Made by a program: the position numbers and the translations under genes. Positions 27,806 through 32,070 of a stretch of DNA of 32,070 nt are shown here, piece after piece (position 1 is the first letter of the stretch; every line of letters starts with the position of its first letter). The notes under the pieces were generated by a model that did not search any database, had not been told where the DNA came from, and saw nothing but the letters and a program-made list of their open reading frames with translations. The stretch comes from a virus (taxonomy: Duplodnaviria > Heunggongvirae > Uroviricota > Caudoviricetes): IMG/VR virus record IMGVR_UViG_3300034045_000104, one strand, 5' to 3'.

Positions 27806-28218
27806 CATCAATTGATAAATACAATGTAAAAAAGCATCAAATAGCTCTGCCACTGCTTGATGGACTTCTTTGTGGGACCAGTACAATGGCCTTTATTGCC
27901 AGTAGTGACTTAGATATAAATGAATATGTAATAGACAATTCAATTGCATCATTTTATGCAAAAGTATCAGGTGACTCCATGCAAAATGCGGGTATATATG
28001 ATGGAGACATGGTTTTAGTTGACAGGGCTAAAGCACCCAAAACCAATGACATTGTAATAGCTGTTGTAGATCAAGAATTTACGATTAAGCGATTAATGAT
28101 AAACGGGCCTAAAATACAACTCAACCCAGAAAACGATAAATACAAACCAATTAAAATTAATAATAGAAATTCTCTTACGATTTGGGGAGTTGTTAGTGCT
28201 GTAATTAAAAGACTCTAA
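27802..28218 (+). CDS. umuD: UmuD-like S24 peptidase
   Basis: SGDSM (Ser) and FTIKRL (Lys) catalytic motifs; Cys-Gly putative autocleavage site; ATGA overlap with helicase stop. Confidence 0.8.
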   Translation: MTSIDKYNVKKHQIALPLLDGLLCGTSTMAFIASSDLDINEYVIDNSIASFYAKVSGDSMQNAGIYDGDMVLVDRAKAPKTNDIVIAVVDQEFTIKRLMINGPKIQLNPENDKYKPIKINNRNSLTIWGVVSAVIKRL

Positions 28219-28287
28219 TCCCGCACTTAAGTAGTAAGTAAGTTAGCTGCAACGCCATAACCCTCAGGGATTGTTTCATAAATGCTC

Positions 28288-28887
28288 TTAATTTAATGTC
28301 ATTTTATCAACAACAAACAATTCATTCTTCTTTATTGACTCAGCCATTCTTTCAAGAAAAAACAACAATCCATCATTTGAAATGGTTTTAACAGAGTAAT
28401 CTTTTGAAAAAACACTAACTATATTACCTTCAACATATCGCTTAATAGCATCCTCAGCAGACTCTATAACACTCAACTTATCAGGTGGTCGCACAAGATA
28501 AAAACACTCTGATTTATTATATTTATCAAAATGAATTAAAACATGTAACGAGTCTTTTGTTTTAGACAGCTCCCCTTCAAACTTAGTAAATACATTTCGG
28601 TCATTATTACTGGCCAATATATTTGTTTTATATTTAAGCATATCCGAAACTAAATCACTACAGTCATTACAGTCCGAAAACATCGAGTTAAATATTTCCA
28701 GGGAAACAACGCTTCTGCAGAGAATAGGGGAGCACAAAACAAACTCACAATCACTTAATTCATCTTTAATTATATATATAACTAAGCCATTCATTACATT
28801 AACTAACCGAACATTCCAAAAAGGAATTAATAAAATAATTATTAAAGTAATAAAATTAATTAGTATAACAAGTAAAACATAACGCAT
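28288..28887 (-). CDS. Hypothetical protein
   Basis: ORF; true start may be the internal MNGLV. Confidence 0.6.
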   Translation of the reverse strand: MRYVLLVILINFITLIIILLIPFWNVRLVNVMNGLVIYIIKDELSDCEFVLCSPILCRSVVSLEIFNSMFSDCNDCSDLVSDMLKYKTNILASNNDRNVFTKFEGELSKTKDSLHVLIHFDKYNKSECFYLVRPPDKLSVIESAEDAIKRYVEGNIVSVFSKDYSVKTISNDGLLFFLERMAESIKKNELFVVDKMTLN

Positions 28888-29067
28888 TACAATATAAAAA
28901 AAACAATTTACAACTTTTAATACAGCGCCTCTAGATAGGCTTAGTTAAAGTATAACAAAGCATTATCAATTAGTCAAAAATATGTATTGAATATGTATAA
29001 GACAATCAAAAATGGCACGCTATAAATAGCATGCCTTTCTCTATGTGGTAATTAATTATTATATTAA

Positions 29068-29342
29068 CTAAATTGACGGTGTTGTATTCGGCGAGCATAA
29101 TAGAATGTATTCTATTTTTGTGCCAGTACCAGAGCTTTCACCCTTAACATTTGGCTGCATTCCTGTTCCAGAACTTTCTCCTTTGGTTGATATTGGCTGG
29201 ATTGAGCAAGATTGAGATATTTGAGAAGCTTGAGATGAACTTGAAGCTGGCTCCATGCCAGTACCAGAGCCTTCTCCCGCATAACAGTTAAATGCGGTTA
29301 AAAAAAAATTGAAGCGAATTTTAGAGTATTTAATGTTTTCAT
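29068..29342 (-). pseudogene. Small secreted GE(G/S)SGTG-repeat peptide, frameshifted in a T9 tract
   Basis: ATG at 29342: MKTLNTLKFASIFF* with T9. One extra T gives the signal peptide ...IFFLTAFNCYA joined to three GE(G/S)SGTG repeats. Confidence 0.7.
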
Positions 29343-29354
29343 GGAATTTACCTT

Positions 29355-30284
29355 TTAGTTAGTTTTAAAATTATTAAACGAGAAAAAAGAAACCCCTATT
29401 TCTGTTGACTTAGATGCGGTTAATTTCTTCAAGAATGGATCACTTTCTTCGTGCTCATCTATAATGCTGATACACTCATTGAAGCACTCTCTTTGTTTTT
29501 CACGCAAAAGCTTTGCTACAAGTGAATGCTTAGATGGTTCAATGATTGTTGAAAAATAAGATGCTTGAAACAACGTGTCTTCATTATTATCTTTTTTTAA
29601 ATTATGATTTATTGTATGAGCCATACGGTGTATTGTACACGCAAATTCTTTCATAGCCGTGTGCATGTTTGCACATCCAACCCTTTGCTTTGAGCTTAAA
29701 AACCGAACCCTGCCATCCACATCCTCAAGTATGCCTACCTTTATCAACCTCTTGCACACAGAAGCTCCACTTATTTCTTTATAATTAACCTTGCCTTCAC
29801 CCTCTGAACAATTATTATAGACACTTAAAAAAGAATTAAACTTACCCTTAATGGGAAAGGGTTCTCCTTTTAGTTTTACTGATAAATCTTTCAGGCCTTG
29901 TACTAAAGAACGATAATATAGTTTCTTTTTTTTGGATGGCTTTAATTCAGATTCTTGTATGAATTTATTTACAACATGCTTTGAGAACCCGGTATTCGTA
30001 CATATATTTGCAAGCGTTTCAGAATCTTCACGAGCTCTTTGAATGTAGTATTTTATGAATTGATTTATAACGTCATTGCCATCAACACCCATTTCATAAA
30101 AAAGCAAACTAAGCCCAACTGTAATTTCGTTCGGTATTTGAACAGTAGCAGGTAATTCAGAAATTTGTAATTTATGGTTATTCATAATAATAATTGACCC
30201 TAAAAATTTAAGGTAGTTTATCACAATAATAAATGTTTTAATGTGACACATGCTACAAATATAACTAAAAACACAATAATACAT
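29355..30284 (-). CDS. DUF6502-like protein
   Basis: QFIKYYIQRA..ICTNTGFSKHVV HTH-like segment and downstream F..V motifs; probable start MNNHK at 30185. Confidence 0.55.
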   Translation of the reverse strand: MYYCVFSYICSMCHIKTFIIVINYLKFLGSIIIMNNHKLQISELPATVQIPNEITVGLSLLFYEMGVDGNDVINQFIKYYIQRAREDSETLANICTNTGFSKHVVNKFIQESELKPSKKKKLYYRSLVQGLKDLSVKLKGEPFPIKGKFNSFLSVYNNCSEGEGKVNYKEISGASVCKRLIKVGILEDVDGRVRFLSSKQRVGCANMHTAMKEFACTIHRMAHTINHNLKKDNNEDTLFQASYFSTIIEPSKHSLVAKLLREKQRECFNECISIIDEHEESDPFLKKLTASKSTEIGVSFFSFNNFKTN

Positions 30285-30332
30285 ATGTGCTTAAAGACCT
30301 ATTAAAATATATTTATAAAATTTACGCGGAAA

Positions 30333-30761
30333 ATGACCATGACCAATATAATTCTAAACTCCTCTCTTGTTGAAAATAAACGAGCCTGTGGTAAAGAAAA
30401 TTTTAGAAACATACAGATTATTAACATCTCTAAATTACTCCAAAATGATAACACAACCGTGTATATAAACGACATCATGAAAGAACCAAGCAAAATCACC
30501 TGTAATATTAATATAACAACAAGCCGAGAAACTATAGAGTTTTTAGCAAAAAACATTGCGTCCAACTATACAAGCGCTGAATATCTTCAGTTGCTAATCG
30601 AACACGAAAGCAATATTGACTTTATTGAAAAATATATTATTGCTCCAACACATAGCATTATATTAACATTTTTACATGCGGAACAACATTCACCTTATTT
30701 TTGTAAAACTGCCAATGGACAAACACCAGAAGATTTATTCAATCTTCCTTTGTTGAATTAA
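30333..30761 (+). CDS. Hypothetical protein (142 aa)
   Basis: ORF; ends with ankyrin-like NGQTPEDL (weak). Confidence 0.5.
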   Translation: MTMTNIILNSSLVENKRACGKENFRNIQIINISKLLQNDNTTVYINDIMKEPSKITCNINITTSRETIEFLAKNIASNYTSAEYLQLLIEHESNIDFIEKYIIAPTHSIILTFLHAEQHSPYFCKTANGQTPEDLFNLPLLN

Positions 30762-30873
30762 CGCCTTAAGATCATAATATAGAAATATGTAACTATTAGC
30801 TTATTCAGAACAAGATAGCTATGATAAAATGAAAACCGTAGAATGGAACTGATTACTCTATTTTATATTCTAA

Positions 30874-30901
30874 GATACCGATTGCAATTGTAGTCGGTAT
30901 C
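30874..30901. repeat. 28-bp near-perfect palindrome between convergent genes
   Basis: GATACCGATTGCAA|TTGTAGTCGGTATC, 2 mismatches that form G-T pairs. Confidence 0.7.
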
Positions 30902-30945
30902 AACTCACGAACAACACTAAATACAACTTGTACATTCGTGTAGCT

Positions 30946-31170
30946 TTAATAAACTTTAACCCAGCTACTACCTGCGTTCACACTCTTAAATACTCCATTA
31001 CCATTAGCAATATACACTATTGCCCCATCAGAGCTTGTTGCTATGCCAATTGCAGCAGTCGGCCCAACTCTTACATCAGTTGGCTTGCTTGGTTTTGCAA
31101 TAACTTGAGCACTTAACCCTAGAATAACCCCAGCCGCTAAAATTAATACACTTTTTAAATATGATTTCAT
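30946..31170 (-). CDS. Small secreted protein with one Asp-box/BNR-like motif
   Basis: Signal peptide MKSYLKSVLILAAGVILGLSAQVIA; SVNAGSSW motif; GGAG SD. Confidence 0.75.
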   Translation of the reverse strand: MKSYLKSVLILAAGVILGLSAQVIAKPSKPTDVRVGPTAAIGIATSSDGAIVYIANGNGVFKSVNAGSSWVKVY

Positions 31171-31315
31171 TATAAACTCCTTATGTTATATTTCTTTATT
31201 ACCTATTATTTACAAAATGAAACGACCATAATCTCAACTTTATGTGGCAACGAGCTACAATCATGTGACGCTCTACGGCACTTACCATGTTAAGTTATAC
31301 ACAATCTTACCTTTG

Positions 31316-31519
31316 TTAGTTTAAATCATTGTTTTTCTTTTTATCATAACGAAAAGAAAACCCTGCTAATATGCCTATAATAAATATTATGGATATAAAC
31401 ACATACCCTGATAAATCCATTACTCTACTATCGGCTTTTAGAGCAAACAGTAGTATTAATGGAACAAATACCCCATCTACGCACAATGTACCACCAATTA
31501 TAAATATCAATATTGTCAT
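31316..31519 (-). CDS. Small membrane protein (67 aa)
   Basis: Two hydrophobic segments, basic tail. Confidence 0.5.
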   Translation of the reverse strand: MTILIFIIGGTLCVDGVFVPLILLFALKADSRVMDLSGYVFISIIFIIGILAGFSFRYDKKKNNDLN

Positions 31520-31539
31520 TTTATTCCCCTATAATTAAT

Positions 31540-31866
31540 CTATTGGATTGGGTCAATATCGTTATCAGGGTCACACTTCTTAATCAATTTATTAAATTCT
31601 TCATTAGTTGGATTAAATGTTCGACTAAATATCGTTATGAAACTCAAGAGCATGATCGAAGTGTTTTTTACAGTAACGATTGTTCTAACAACCCATATCA
31701 TCAATCTCATTAAAAACATTAAGAATATAGAAGATAATACGAAATGGAAAATCTCTTTTGCCAACCCTGTAGAATATTCATTTATTAAGAAGCCAATTAT
31801 CAGCCCTAAAGAAAAGACACTAATAGATTTATAGTTAACGTTAATATATTTCATATTTATTCTCAT
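31540..31866 (-). CDS. Small membrane protein (108 aa)
   Basis: Three hydrophobic segments. Confidence 0.5.
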   Translation of the reverse strand: MRINMKYINVNYKSISVFSLGLIIGFLINEYSTGLAKEIFHFVLSSIFLMFLMRLMIWVVRTIVTVKNTSIMLLSFITIFSRTFNPTNEEFNKLIKKCDPDNDIDPIQ

Positions 31867-31899
31867 TTCATGTCTTTTGGGTCAAAATCCCATAGACTA

Positions 31900-32070
31900 T
31901 CAATTTAATTCATTCAAAAGGTTATCTTTTTTTAATCTTTCATAATCTTTTTTTAATCTTTCATAATCCTTTATGAATTCTAAGTAAGCATAAACAGTGA
32001 CTTTTTCACCTTGTAAACTCTCCTTAAGTTCAGGATATTCCTTCACTTTATTAGCAATATCCTCATATTC
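31900..32070 (-). CDS. 3' end of a gene running in from the right edge (partial)
   Basis: Open frame EYEDIANKVKEYPELKESLQG...DYERLKKDYERLKKDNLLNELN*. Confidence 0.65.
   Translation of the reverse strand, partial: EYEDIANKVKEYPELKESLQGEKVTVYAYLEFIKDYERLKKDYERLKKDNLLNELN
31924..31965. repeat. 21-bp perfect tandem duplication (DYERLKK x2)
   Basis: ATCTTTTTTTAATCTTTCATA twice, in frame. Confidence 0.9.

Noticed and set aside
28058-28072. GCTGTTGTAGAT resembling the FnCas12a repeat end
   Set aside because: Inside umuD coding sequence (AVVD) with no TCTAC arm.
30334-30342. 9-nt seed match (TCATGGTCA) of spacer 1 at the start codon of the 142-aa ORF
   Set aside because: Adjacent PAM would be TTGG, no further pairing; chance level. 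Revisit only if the PAM proves non-canonical.
31199-31212. Distal guide CTATTATTTA matches upstream of the 74-aa gene
   Set aside because: 10-nt AT-rich match with TTAC PAM; not above chance.
2780-31834. Short ORF-track entries antisense or overlapping to longer genes (e.g. 2780, 3888, 4368, 5297, 6002, 6244, 10501, 14337, 15675, 16276, 16331, 16894, 19097, 23168, 23722, 24730, 25463, 25660, 27121, 30302, 30928, 31513, 31637)
   Set aside because: Shadow frames of well-supported genes with no recognisable motifs.
1-32070. tRNA, rRNA, integrase or att sites
   Set aside because: None recognised by eye; a dedicated scan was not possible.

Overview
AT-rich 32 kb accessory segment resembling a proteobacterial plasmid/ICE/phage-like element (host not determinable). 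Bases 1-24353 form one block of minus-strand genes: two DNA methyltransferases (one fused to a SNF2 helicase), ParB, DUF1064, a YubB/DUF1281-like protein and many hypotheticals, with a tnpB-only IS200/IS605 element and an IS3 element inserted. Main result: a full-length Cas12a (10118-13990) whose RuvC-I catalytic Asp is replaced by Lys and RuvC-II Glu by Asp, while the pre-crRNA-processing triad is intact. It is therefore predicted to be a natural nuclease-dead, RNA-guided DNA binder. No cas1/cas2/cas4 is present in the window. Three tandem promoter+leader+mini-array cassettes follow the gene, and a fourth orphan crRNA cassette lies about 9 kb away (600-859). Their repeat handles carry compensatory stem substitutions. 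Beside them is a retron-type reverse transcriptase with an unknown C-terminal domain, bracketed by two divergent msr-msd-like ncRNAs. The right 7.5 kb holds a SWIM-SNF2 helicase coupled to an orphan umuD, a DUF6502-like gene with a homopolymer-frameshifted repeat peptide, and small membrane/secreted proteins. All family assignments come from motif recognition, not database searches.
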